A stretch of DNA of 60,000 bases from Felis catus. Taxonomy: Eukaryota. Both the position numbers and the translations under genes were made by a program. The first letter of the stretch is position 1. Each line of letters begins with the position of its first letter. Shown piece after piece: positions 24,761-37,760 of this stretch. The notes beneath the pieces are model-generated. The model saw only the letters and a list, made by a program, of their open reading frames with translations. It was not told where the DNA came from and ran no database searches. Location of the stretch: assembly GCF_018350175.1 (NCBI RefSeq), contig NC_058368.1:113338001-113398000 (forward strand), read 5' to 3'.

Positions 24761-27700
24761 TGCAAAAAGACGGTGGCACCAGTGTCACGGGACAGCAGTG
24801 ATGACCCAGAGTCAAATCATGCTACCGTGTGGAGGTAACAGAGAACAAGGCTGGCTAACGGATCAGCTGAAGAGGATGAGAGCAAATGGGGAGACCAAGA
24901 GGGGCCTGAGTCACCGGGTTGAGAGCAGAGTCATAGCAGCCACGAGAGAGACCGTGGGCGATGAGGAGAATCATCTGTTTGGGCCACAGCGCATGGGAGA
25001 TGCCAATCACGCATCTGAGTGAGCAGATCTTGCAGGCCATCCAAACGCCATTCTGTCAATGCGCCATGCTGCCATGAAACCAGCCAAGGTGAACAGTTCA
25101 CGTGCTTCGAGTATCGAGAAAGACATACACTGTTTGGGTTCTGCTACATCTAGGTTCAGACCCACCTCTGTCACTTATAACTGTAGGATCTCAGGAAAGG
25201 AACCACCTTTTGGGGATGGTCTGTTCTTCCTCTGCGAAAATGAGAACAAAACCGATTTACCCCAGGGTCGTGAGGACCGGACTGGATGCGGAGCGGCCAA
25301 CACCCAGGGCATAGCCGGAGTGGGGCCAGCGGCGCACCCCGGCTGCTCGGCCCTGCTCCTGACAGCCGGGCCCGCCCACCGGTGGGAAGCCGGGTCAAGT
25401 CGGCTGCGGCTCTCCATTCTCATCATTAGCTATTATTCTCCCTAGGTTGATGAAAACTTCATGAAGGGAAAAAAAGCCTGAGAAATTCCAACGCGATATA
25501 GTAATACTGTTTTGAGTGACTGAAATAGCAGGTCAAGAAAAATGACAGCTACAGGGATAAAAATGTGGATCTACAAAACATGCAATCAAGAAAACCTGTG
25601 AGCTGTGAAAACCAAGTAACCTCAGGAACCCTTCCTCTCTCCGCACAGCTCCAGCTCCAGGCGGTACCGAAGAACACGGGAGGGTGAGGGGTGGGCAGGA
25701 GCGAGGGGAGCACCCTCACTGGGAAGGCGGGGTCACCCAGGAGACCATTGGGGAAGCTGTCAGCACCGAGAGCCTGTGACAAAAGCACTGTGTTTATGTG
25801 ATACAATAATGGGGTGGTGTGGACAGGGCTGCCCCAAGGGGGCCCCGCAACCCATCCCGTCCTCAGCCTCCCAATGTCTGTAGCAGCCCTTGAACTTGCT
25901 CAGTCACACGCTATGCTTCTGAGGGGAGGCACTCCATTCTTTCCACTTGTCTGTAATCAAATAGTAGCCACTACTAACCAAGACAAAACAAAAATATGTT
26001 TCCATGACGACCACTTCTGAGCTGGGGGCGCTGGGGGGCAGTTACTTGGGAGACAGCACCACACAGGGGCAGGGCCAATGGGGTCAGCTGTCATCTAGGG
26101 AGACCACACTCTCCACTACAAGCCACCAGCACCAAGCCACCAACACCGAGATACCCGGATCAGGGCTCTGAGCTGAGCCTAGGCCAACCAATCACAGTTT
26201 AGGGAAGAGAGGGTCTTCTGAAGGGGAGGAAGTAATGCAGATGACCCTGTAAGGGAACATTTCAACTACTCAGGAAAAGAGGCTGCTGGTGACACTTGAA
26301 AACAAATCATCAATGCAGCACAGTTCTGTTTAAGAAATCCATGAACTGGCCCAGGACATTATTTATGCTTTTATTTGCCAATTCAAGATTAATAGATCCT
26401 TAGACTACAACCGTAGTATCTCTTCAAAGTCAAGAAAAAGAAACTTCTTTAAAAATATTTATAATTAAGATCCAATTTCCTTGCCATCTCTAAGTGCATT
26501 CCACCCCTCTACCTGATTGACTTTAGTGGTGTTGGGATTAGGACTGTCTGGACTTTGCCACTCATCAGGGTGACATGATGGTGAAGGCCGGCTTCTCCTC
26601 TTAGGAGCTGAGAGACCACAGCAGTGTTAACAGCTGAGGCTCTATGTCTTCATTATTTCAATAAGGGATTTAATACTAGTTCCCATCAGAGAAGATCGGT
26701 GTGAGAATTAAGCACGATCTTGTCATGTCATGTGTGGAGCATGGCGAGTGGCACAGGGTTGACACCCGATGTGGTATGGGCACTGGTTCTGGTGTGGACT
26801 GGCAGTGTAAATGGCGGGCCTGGACTACAAGCCCAGGTCAGGGAACACAAAGATGGCCCTTGGAGAGGGGTTCTAGAGTAGGCTCTTGTCTCTGGCTGTG
26901 TGATAGAGGGGCTGCTTTTGCTCAATTCCTTACAGTGGGGGGAGGGCTTTCCAGGAAGGAGCAGACCTAGGCCCAGTTAACTGCTCCCCTGCGTATCTGG
27001 CAGACTTATCTAGGGTCCTATTTCTGTCCACTCCCTCCAGCCCAGGAACGGTCAGGCCATGGCCAAAGCTGCTATCACTCAGTTCTCCAATAGGACCCTG
27101 TCTCAGAAATACATGAGCGTTGGCGGGGGTGGGGAAACTGGGGCACCAAGAGGCTTCAGAGCTTGTTCAAGGTCACACGGCTAACAAGCTAAACCAGGAT
27201 GTGAGCCTATACCATCCCGTTCCACTGAACAAGCTCTCAACCAAGATACGGATGTGTCAACACTTCCTTCATCCTCCCATGCAGGGCCTCGCCCTGCCCA
27301 TGCCACTACACCTCTTGCTGACCTGTGAAACCCTCTGTCCCCGTGTCTGTCTTCCCAGGGACCAAGAAACAACCTGGGAGCAGGAGTAGTGTCTGGCCTG
27401 GTCTGGTACACATTAGTGTGTGTGATGACTAGAAAAGCTACCTACCCTGCCTGGAAGAAGGTGCCAAGCTGGCCCCAGCAAACTGCGTGGCCTCTCCAAC
27501 TCTGCGCACTTGGAGGTCTGAGACAGGCATCGGTGAGTGGAGCTCAACGTTTGCAGAGTTGGAACATACAGTAGCCCCTCCTAAGCATGCGGCCCTCAGA
27601 GGCACCATCTCCCTTGTTCCCCTGTCACCTACAGGACTAACGGCTTTGTCATATCAGTCACAGCGACCATGTCAAACATGTCAGTCGTTCCCCTCACCTG

Positions 27701-28274
27701 CACTCACCACTGGTTCTTGTCACTTAGGCATTTATATACTTTGCATAGTTTCTTCTTGCCATGCGGCAAACCTTAACCATCCCTCTGGCCCAAGCAGACT
27801 TTCCCTGAAAGGCCACCAGGGCGGCAGGCCCTGCAGACCACCGTAGGAGACCTGCCCTCTGCCATCTCAGCCACCCCCACAGTTGCCCTTCTGGCTACTG
27901 CTCAATCTCCCAAGACCTGTGCTTCTCCAAGAAGGGCAGAAGGACAATGCCAACAAATGACAACTGGGCTCTGAACCCAAAGGGATGTTACAATCTCGGA
28001 CACATGTCGAGTACAGAGAATTCTCCAGGAAAGAAGAATCCAGAGTGACTGAGTGTTCACGGTAACTCGCATCTTTTTATCTTTCAATGTTTTACTGGTA
28101 CCACCTTTGAGAAGTGTCGACTCTATTTTTGGACGTTACTCAGCCTTGATGAGGCTACAAAGTGGTGGAGGATAGCAGCACCAAAAAAGAGGAACGTGGA
28201 AATTCACGGTGCCGAAGGAGAAGAACGTGCTAAGTTCAAGACATACTCTACAGCTCTGATCACCTTTTTTAAAA

Positions 28275-28972
28275 ACTTTCTAAACAGCTGCATTGGAGGT
28301 ACAGTTGGCATACAATACACTATACATATTTAAGGTGTCCAAATTTGATGAGCTGTGATAAATACACATACATACACACTCACGAAACCGTCACTGTAAT
28401 CAGGATAATTAACACATCCATCATCCCTAAAAGGTTCTTCCTGCCCCCGTGGAACCCTGCCCTCCTATTCCTCCCCCCTCCCCCACCACATGAAACCATG
28501 GATCTGCTCTCTGTCACTAGAGATGAGCTGTGTTTTCTGAAGTTTTATATTAATGTCATCAAATAGTACATCCTTTTTTTTTTGTCTGGCTGTCACACAG
28601 CCTAATTATTGTAATATTCATTCTTGTTGTTACATGGGCCAGCAGCACATTCCTTTTTATTTCTGGATGGCATTCCATTGTAGAGATGTATCCCATTTGT
28701 TCATCTATTTGCTTCATGGATATTTGGGCTATTTGTGATTTCTGGCTGTTACAAATAAAGTTGCCATGAGCACGTGTGAACAGCTATTTCCGCGCACATG
28801 TGCTTCCATTTTTCTCGGGTGGAGACCTATAATCAGAACGGCTAGATCATATAGTACTTTAAGAAACTTCCAAACTGTTTTCCAGAATGGCTACACCATT
28901 TTACATTCCCACCAGCAACACAGAAGAGTACTGGTTCCTACACATCTTTGCCAGAACTTGTACCGATCAGTC

Positions 28973-29003
<31 letters not shown>

Positions 29004-29650
29004 GCTTATATATTTATTTTGAGGCGGGGAGGGCCAGAGAGAGAGGGAGAGAGAGACTCCCCAGCAGATTCCATGCTGCCAGCTCAGAGCCTGATTCAGG
29101 GCTCCATCTCAAGACCATGAGATCATGACCTGAGCCAAAACCAAGAGTCGGACACTTAACCGAATGAGCAACCCAGACATACCTGATCAGTCTTTTTAAT
29201 ATGAGACATTCTGGTGTTATGGTATCTCACTGTGGTTGTAATTTGCATTTCCTCAAGGACAATAATATGGAGCATCTTTTATTTGCTTATTTACCATCCA
29301 CGTATCTTCTTTGATGAAATGCCTGCTCACATCTTTTGCCCGTTTTTATTAGGTTGTCTACTTTTTTTTTTTTTTTTTTAAATTTAGAGAACTCTTTATA
29401 TATGCTGGATGCAAGTCCTACATGAGTTACATGATTTTCAAATGTTTTATACTAGGCTGTGGCTGCATTTTTCATTCGCTTAACAGTGTCTTCTGAAGGC
29501 GGAAGTGAAAACTATTTATCCATTTTATGTTTTATGGCCACATGCTTCTGGTGCTGTATCCAAGAAATATTTGCCTAATCCAAGGCACAAAGATTCTTCT
29601 AACTTTTTCCTAGAAGTTTTATAGTTTTAAATTTTGTATTTAAGTCTATG
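28275..29650 (-). mobile_element. Old L1 (L1MB-like) 3' end and ORF2 tail, interrupted by a SINE
   Basis: aaactgttttccagaatggctacaccattttacattcccaccagcaa; ggtatctcactgtggttgtaatttgcatttcc; ttttcctagaagttttatagttt. Confidence 0.88.
28979..29183 (-). mobile_element. Can-SINE inside old L1
   Basis: gagatcatgacctgagccaaaaccaagagtcggacacttaaccgaatgagcaaccca. TSD gatcagtcttt at 28965-28975 and 29185-29195. Confidence 0.92.
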
Positions 29651-30311
29651 ACATATATATTTTTAAAGTTTTACAGATTTATATCCTTGGCTATCCCTAA
29701 ACTCGTCCTGCAAACATAACTTCCTTCCTTTTACTGATACTCATTCACTTTATGTGTTCAACACTGACGATAAGGTTAACAGGAGATATTTTATTCCCTC
29801 AAAGAACATACTTTTCTTTTTTTGGCCAATTATCATTAAGCAAGCCCTCTACGCTCTTCACAGGATACCTCTTTAAAAATGTGGGTTTTCCTTACTCAAC
29901 TGCAATGCTACTACCCTATCTAATTCCCACTTCCTTATCAATTTTCCTGAGAGTCCCCAAAGCATCTTTCTTTTTTACATTTCTCCTGGCTTGTTTCCCT
30001 TTGGGTGCAACGAGTATTACAAAACATTTGGCAGTTATGTGTCCCACTCTGCCTTTTTCCATGGGGAAAGTGGGTCCCCGAAAACCTCACACTCCAAATT
30101 TGACAGTTTGCATCTGTGGGGCCTCCTTTCCCTCCTGCACATTCTGTAAGTGGAACACGGCATCATAGGCTTGACTAGAATTAAGTTCAATTAAAATACT
30201 TCACATACCCGTGAGGCACCACAGGACACCAGAAGACAAACAATGCCAGTTGCCTATTTCAGTGACTCTCTGATTCATCTGATGGATCAGGAGTTAATAG
30301 TCTGAGGTTCA

Positions 30312-30490
30312 AGGGTGCCTGGATGACTCCGTCGGGTAAGCATCCGATTCTTGATTTCAGCTCGTCATGATCTCAGAGTTAAGTGACAGCACAAAGCCTG
30401 CTTGGGATTCTCTCTCTCTCTCTTCTCTCTCTGCCTCTCCCTCTCCCTTCCCACCCCTCTCTCAATAAGTAAATAAACATTTTACTTAAA
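30312..30490 (+). mobile_element. Can-SINE with internal deletion (B box missing)
   Basis: gggtgcctggatgactccgtcgggtaagcatccga..catgatctcagagtt|..tgacagcacaaagcctgcttgggattc. TSD aatagtctgaggttca (30296-30311) versus aatagcctaaagttca (30491-30506). Confidence 0.92.
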
Positions 30491-30506
30491 AATAGCCTAA
30501 AGTTCA

Positions 30507-30900
30507 TTATCAGCCTTTTGACTAATGGTTTCATCCATGCTTGATCACTGCCCATATCAGCTGTATCATTAGGGGCTGAAAAATGGTGATTTCCTTGTTC
30601 TGTTATTGCTTCTGCATTTATTAGCTATACTTCTTCTGCAAAGAATTTTCCTCTATTGAACAGAGATTTAGAGTTATCCTGAAATATGATTTGTACAGAA
30701 ATAATATGTGTTTAGCTAGGTGTTTTTAATTACGAAATTTAGAATAAGGAGCTGGGGCCTTGGTTTCTTTCTCATGGTTTTCATGTGTTCTCGTCATTAA
30801 AATGTACTTTTAATGATTATATTTCTCCCTTTCAGAGCCAGTGTTTTTTGATTACATGTAACTCATTGCTTAAGTTTTACATTGTCATTTTTTAAAATTT
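30507..30900 (-). mobile_element. Old L1M 3' fragment
   Basis: Reverse complement of 30510-30670 resembles 2400-2540 (gctaataaatgcagaag..gaaatcaccatt..). Confidence 0.55.
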
Positions 30901-33840
30901 AAACATTTTGAACGTCTGTACTGATTTTGCATGAAAATCCAACTTTCAAGTTCTTGGGGGTCGAATTCTACTGTTTGTGGTCTGTGCTCCCTCTTGCTCA
31001 TGGTGGCTTACTTCACTCTACGTTTTTAAGAACTATGAGTCATGTGTGACGGGGTTTTGAGGGAATCCTGTGAAGCTTGAGCTGATGGCTCAGCCCTTCA
31101 GAGAGGATTTACGTCTATAGGAATGTCGGTGCATTCCCAAACAGGACTACTTGAAGTCAATTAATCAGCTTGAAAATTTCCACACCATGCCAAGAGTATC
31201 AGTTGGAACCACATACTCAGGTCGCCAGTCACACAATACGCCACAGGACAGCTTAACAGCTGCTCTCAGATCTAACTGAGTTGTGCCTGTGTCTTATGTT
31301 AGTCATTATATGTTTGGTGTACCGCCCGTGCTCTGTAGGAATGAATGCGGGTTCTTCCTTAAGAAGTTTTACCGGTGATCTTTTCTTTTGCAAAGCAGAA
31401 TCAGGCTGAAGTTGACAAGTGTTATCTTAGAAGAAATATCTGACCAACAGGCAGAATTTTTTTTTTTCAATAAAGCCCACCTTTTAATTCAGGGTGAACT
31501 CAATGAAGGTTTTGGACTTAGGTGTGGGGTATCACCTCGAATTTCCCAACATGTAAAGACATAAAGCATTGTCTCTAGTCTGCAGGTTAGCTGTTACCCC
31601 TAAAACCTCTCGGTCAGATGGGCTACCTTCCACCGCCCCTGCCCCAGGGCACCCAAGGCAGTGGTCAGGGGTCGGTATCCGCGCTGGTTTTCCTTCTCCC
31701 CGCCTCCCAACCAGGGATTTCCCTTACATCTTGCAAACTCAGCTATTTAAAAGGGTATTCTACTGAGGGGCTCGGTGTTACAGTTTTCAGACTCTCTAGC
31801 TCATCATGTGGCGAGACACACACTCAACTGTGAACAGTTCCAAGGGGGTGCGATAAATGTGCCAGCACAAGTATACTACCTTGTGCTGTTGGAGCTCAGA
31901 GGAAAAGAAATGACCTCGCTTAGCAGGAAGGGCTCACAGACACTTCACTGAGATGCTTAGTCTAAGCCTCAAAGGTGAAATGTCAGGAATATAGTTATCC
32001 CTTTTTTGGTGGAGGTGGATGTGGATAAGAGAGAGTCAAGCCATTCTACCCTGTCATGTACATTAAAAGGCCAAAAGTAACAAACAAAAAAGGGGATGCA
32101 TCCTCTCTACTCCACCTCTGTCTTGCTTTGTTTGATAGCAGGGAATTGTATTCTATGTGGATGTGCTCTCAAGAGGGGCCAGAGGGTCTAGAGATCTTCC
32201 AGGAGGAAATATGAAGCTAACATGAGAGATGAACCACCTTAGGAGCATCCCATCCATGCTGATACAGGATAACATCTTTTGACCTCCCTCCGAGGAGAGA
32301 AGAAAGCAAAGAAAACCTTATAATGTACTCCACCTGATCACTCTGGTCAGCGTCCCCATGTTCCCATAGCATCTGGTGTCTCTCATCTGGACACCACTGC
32401 ACAGGCAGCCTTCAAGGAGGTGCAGATTTCAAAGCGGTCCTCAGTATCTTTAGATGAGAACTTTGGAAAGGTGCTCTCTTAGACACAGGGTCTTCCCTGA
32501 TGCTGAGGTCTGCTGTTCTGAGCACGTTCCGGGATGGAACCCAGCATCTCAGGAAAACTACCCTTGATGACAGGATGAGGCATTTCGGTCCCATGCAATC
32601 ATATGTAAACATGCAAAACTGTTCCATTGGTTTCAGAGAGGGGAAAGTCCCAACAACTTGCTTTGGTAAAAGCGAGGGCATCATTAAAGCCATTCCTCTT
32701 GACAGGCAGTTATGGCATCAATTCATGGTCAACCCTAACCCAACTCATTCCCTCATGACATAAAGGTCCTAGTCCAAGGCTTAGATAACAAGACTCTACG
32801 AGCACTTCCCAAATCTGGGGCTCAAATGTTCTCTTGGAAAAGGTTGTGAAGAAGTCTGTCTATACTCATTAGAGCAGCATGCCAACAAAGAATATTTTGT
32901 TTGCTTTTTTTTTCTTAAAGAAAAAGAAAAGCAATATGATCATGAACTTAATTAAAGTTGTTGTGCAATGATTTAATTAGATTTATAGAACTGTGCAAAT
33001 TCATCCTGGCCAGGGACCTTTCTGTCTTCTAAAGAAGGGTTGGCAGAGATCTCATGTGCTTTGCAATTTTACCTAATCCTTAATTTCATCTCCTGATGGG
33101 GTGAGGATGAACATAATTGCGTTCAGGTAATTGCTTTATCAAACGGTTTAATTGTGCATTCAACAGAACTGACAACAAGAAGGTTATTCTTCCTAATGTG
33201 TTTTTAACAAAAGCACTAACTAATTACATGGCATCCTATTCAGGGCATTTGAGAAGAAGAAATGAATACCTATTCTTCCAATCTTGGTTAAATGCATGTT
33301 TGCATATAGAACATAGAAATAAGTAGTGAAATAATTAGCTGAATTGCTTCCTTCTGCTGTAACTTCATAACTAATCTGCATGTTGAAGTAGTCTGTGTAA
33401 ATTCAGTGGATGCATTTTCACCACGGACGGTGTTTGAACATCTGCGCTTCCCGAAAATGTCACAATAACCATTTTGCCTGAAAGTTTATCCTCAGGAGCC
33501 AAAAAGCCAGTGTTATCTTGGCATGTTCCAAGAAGAAATAAATGCTTCATATAACTGAGGACAGATGTGCCACATGATCAGAAGGAAGTATTAAAACATT
33601 AGGCCAAATGGTTGAAAAGAATTCTGAATTAAAATAATGCTGGATCTACTCTATTTTCGATGAACTCTCTCTTTAACCAGATAACTAACATTCTGGTATA
33701 GACTTGGCTTCTGTGCCCGTCTATGCCTGTCATTCATAGAAACACAGAATGCTTTAATATATCCTTACAGGCTCAAGCTAGTGTCATTTAGCTGAAGCCT
33801 TTAATGAGATTACTATATCTGACATTTTAAGAGGTGATTA

Positions 33841-34349
33841 TGTAGCACACTGCCCTCCCAGTGTACTAGTAAATAATCTTGTCAGTCCAGTAAATAATCT
33901 TGCCCTCCCTCTCCTCCAGTAAAAAATACTACCCTTGATTATGCTGAAATGTAGGGGGGAAGAGGGTCCTGTGGCATGGTATTTGATTAAGGGACAGACA
34001 TAGGATTCAGAAAGAGCCAGGTGGGATCCTTCCCTGGGGTTGAAGCATAGACGCTGGTAAATTTCTCTTGAGCTTCTAGGCTGGGAGGAAATGAATCTGG
34101 GGCTGTCAAAATCCCTACTTTCTGCCAAGGGGAGAAAGCCTCTTTGCAGAATGAAGCCAAGCAGAGATAGACAAAGAGAGACAGAAGGAAATGCAATGTC
34201 GACAGCACAGCATTTCCTCTTCTTTCTCTGAGCTCTGCCTACCCCAGTATACTTTCTAGCCTTATATGGCAATAAATCCTCATTTGGGGAGTAAGCAAAG
34301 TTTGAGTTATGTTTCTGTCACACGAAATCAAAAGCATCCTGATGACACA
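33841..34349 (+). mobile_element. Old MLT1 (K/L-like) LTR
   Basis: 3' end gcaataaatcctcattt..taagcaaagtttgagttatgtttctgtcac..aaagcatcctgatgacaca; 5' boundary uncertain. Confidence 0.65.
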
Positions 34350-34399
34350 GCTGGTATTTTACATTACTTTTCAGACGGCTCTGCACTTATGAAAGTAAA

Positions 34400-34625
34400 G
34401 ACTGATGTGAGAGGTGGACCCGTGTTCTAGTACTCCTGCCCTCCTGCTTACGAGCTGTGTTGCCCTTGGAAACGTTGCAGGGCTTCGATGTACTCGTCAT
34501 TAATTTGGGACTAATAAAAGTATTACCTCATAGGTCTGTTGTAGGAATTAGATGGAAAGCTACAGGAAATACAATACGATGGCACTCAGCACAAGGTCAG
34601 AGTACCTATTGCTCTGTATTAATTA
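34400..34625 (+). mobile_element. MIR
   Basis: ctcctgcttacgagctgtgttgcccttgg..tacctcataggtctgttgtaggaattagatg. Confidence 0.7.
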
Positions 34626-34694
34626 CTAAATTAGCAATTAAGTGCTATTGTTTCGATGTTGTTCTTGTCATTACTGTGATTAAAAATATTACTA

Positions 34695-35138
34695 CAATAG
34701 AGACTGACAGGTAACCCCAATATCCACTCTATTCCTCTAATTATGTGACTCTCAAATTTTAGCTAGGCATATAGCCGTCCACAATAAAAACTACATTTCC
34801 CAGACTCCTTCGCAGCCTCATGGAGCCTTGTGATTAAGCTGTGTCCAAGACGATGTGAGCAGAAGTGACACTGGTGACTTCTGGATTGTGCCTCCTTCCT
34901 TTTCTCCTTCCTTCCAGCTGGGCACAGCAGCCACCTTGGACCCAGGCGCGGAAGCTCAACAACTACATTGGCTGAGAAAGACAGGACGGTGAGCTGAAAG
35001 GACCCTGGTCAGTGACCCTCCCTGGGCTGCTTGCCTTTGGGATGTTTGCAGGGGAGAGAAATAAAACTACCTCTGTTTAAGCCTCTGTTTCATTTGGATT
35101 TTTGTTAGAGCAGCCAGAACGTACGTCCTAACTAACAC
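34695..35138 (+). mobile_element. MLT1J-like LTR
   Basis: actacatttcccagactcctt.gcag..gatgtgagcagaagtga..gcagccaccttggacc..gaaataaa..tgtttaagcc..ttgttagagcagcc..cctaactaacac. Confidence 0.8.
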
Positions 35139-37099
35139 CCAATCAGTATTTTACATATTATTTGTACTTGCTCCTTCCAAAACCCCATGAAGGAGAAAAG
35201 GGGAGGATAACAAAACTAGGGCAAGACTTCTATGTAACCCAAGAGTCGAGGGTTTTTGCACCCTGAATTCCAGCTCTCAGTCTAAATGATATTTGGCTAC
35301 TCCTGATGGAGGAAAGGAGGTTGAAAATGAACAAGACCTGAGTAGAAATGCAAAGTTGGGCCACCTGTGATGGGATGTGAATCCCCAAATCTCTGAAGCT
35401 TTAACATATAAAACTGCTTAAAGTTGGTTAGATCCACGGAGTATACGTGCAAAGTCATAAAGCCTGTTTTGCAGGCTTTTCCTAAGCAACAGAAAATCAA
35501 AATAACGAAACCTACCACATGACTCCCTCCCCAGATCAGTGGTGTCCACGTGGTCCACGGGTGCACCGCTGCTTTCTCCCCCCGCTACCTAGAGCACAAG
35601 GGGATGGCGTCGGGATTGTTCCTACTTCTTGACCCTCCACAGGGCTGCCAGATGGGCACATCCAATGGCTTCCCTAATTGCTGTTAGTCCTCTCATCCTT
35701 GGGCCATCACCACTGCCACTGTGTTCCAATCCCCTGATGCACAAAACACGCAAACGCAAGCCCTCCACCTTTTGGCTCCCATCACGTGATGTTCTGGTTA
35801 GCCAGAAGCAATGCCCTCACCAAGGAGACACTTGCAAGTGAAGACAACTCCCACCCAGCGGGTTCTGTGGCAGCAGGGTTATCCAAAAATATCCCCCCAA
35901 ATATGGACACCCTCCACTCTGTTGAAAAGCAAAGAAGAGGAGCTATACATAAAAATGTCCCATGCCGGTCACGGTCGCAGGGCCACAAAAGCCTGGGGGA
36001 GACTGGGAAGAGACACTAAGTTTAACGCTATCTTGCAAAGTCTTACAACCTCTGCCCTGGATTGCTCTCACTCTTCAGAACAGTCTGTGCATAGGAAATG
36101 CCGGCCAACCGAGACTCTATTTGCCAAAAACTTCAAACGTGACCTTTACTTGGTAGCAATTGTTGGAAACTATTAAAATGACTCTGAAAATAATATAATC
36201 CGCAGCGACAATATGTTGAAAGAAATGCCAACCCTGTAAAGCAAGCTCTCTCTTGCCGTCCCTTGCGAGAGCACATTCACAACAGAAGAGAAACATTTTC
36301 CTCCACAGCAGCTCTTGACTCTGCATCTCTCTTCTGCGTCTAGACATAAATGAGCCATTTGCTAATTGTTTAACAGTGATTAAGGAAGTAAACGTTCTGG
36401 AGAGGGGGGTGGGAGCAGAAGGGTGTCTGACTGCTTGTTTTCCAATTACCAACATCCAGGCTCATGGGGGAGAACAGAGTTGGCTCTCAGGGCCTCCCAG
36501 TTCCATTCGGGGAGCCTTCTCCTCAAGGTCAGGCCAAGGACCAGTGGCTTCTGGTGGGGACATGAGCAGTCCTAGCACTGACATCTGAGCTTTGGTCAGA
36601 TGGGTCCAGACTGAGGGGACTCCACGAAGCCCTATGAAAAGAGGCCTGTCTACCAGAAACAGGACGTGGAGCAGTGGGGCCCTCCTCCCTTCTGAGCCGC
36701 CAGGGACCTCAGAGCCACTACATTTTCCCAAACAGCTCTCCCCTCCAGAGGGAGGAAAGCTGAGCTTGCCCACTTGAAGCCCAGGCTGCCGGACTGTGGT
36801 CAGCAGTGGCTGTGCCCCTCTGCACACAGGCAAAATTAAAAGTTGGCAGGCAGGACCCCAATAAGCTCTCATCTTTCCACATGGATGCCAGGAGAGGAAG
36901 CAAAGGGGTTCACAGATGACGGGTTCCAAGCTGGCCCAGGCTGACTCCACGAAGCTGTTGGCAAGAGGATTTCCAAGTCTCATCAGGACTAGGATGGTGA
37001 AGAAGGCCTTCTGCCGAGCTCAGAGCTGAAACGACTCCCTTGTGTCTGAAATTCACATGGTCACCGAGACCAGCTCTGACTCCCTGAATGCCTCCGTCG

Positions 37100-37760
37100 A
37101 CTGTTTTCTGCCCATCTCTGCAACCATTATACACTTCCGGGCCTCACTCATACCAGCAGTCTCCTCATGGCTACCCTGCCTCCAGTCCTGCCCCCAACCA
37201 TGTCTACTTAGTAGCCAGTGCAAGTGAATTCAAAACCAGAAACCCTTAATAGGATCCCCAGTGCTGTTAGGGCAAAGTCCAGCCCCCTCACATGGCCTTC
37301 AAAGTCCCTACAGAAATGGCCCCTTATTACTTTTCCAGCCTCATTTCTGCAGCTAGTTAACTCCCTGTCCCCAGATCACATGTGACCAGCCATACCAATG
37401 GTCACAAGCTCCTTCGAGGGGACATGCTGTCCTTCATCTAACTCTTCAACCCCCTCTCCCCTCGGATGGATGTGCTGTGCTCCACGCCACTTTGGCTCTG
37501 GTTGATTCCTCCCAGCCTTAAGATCTCCACGGAATCATCACTTCCTCTACCAAAACCATTCACACCTCCCAACTGGTGGTGGTAGCCCTGCTTTGTGTCC
37601 TGCAGCACTCAATGCCCTTCATCTGAACATCTGTTCTGATAAAAGGAGATTGCTTTTCAATTTGCCTACCTTTAAGTCCCATGAAAAGTGAGGCTTTGTC
37701 TGCTTTGCCCTTTGTCATAGCCACAGCAAGTAGGACAACGCACGATGCACGGTAAGGAAG
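37100..37760 (+). mobile_element. L2 fragment
   Basis: aaagtccagccccctcacatggccttcaaagtccc..ccagccttaagatctcc..catcacttcctct. Confidence 0.65.
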
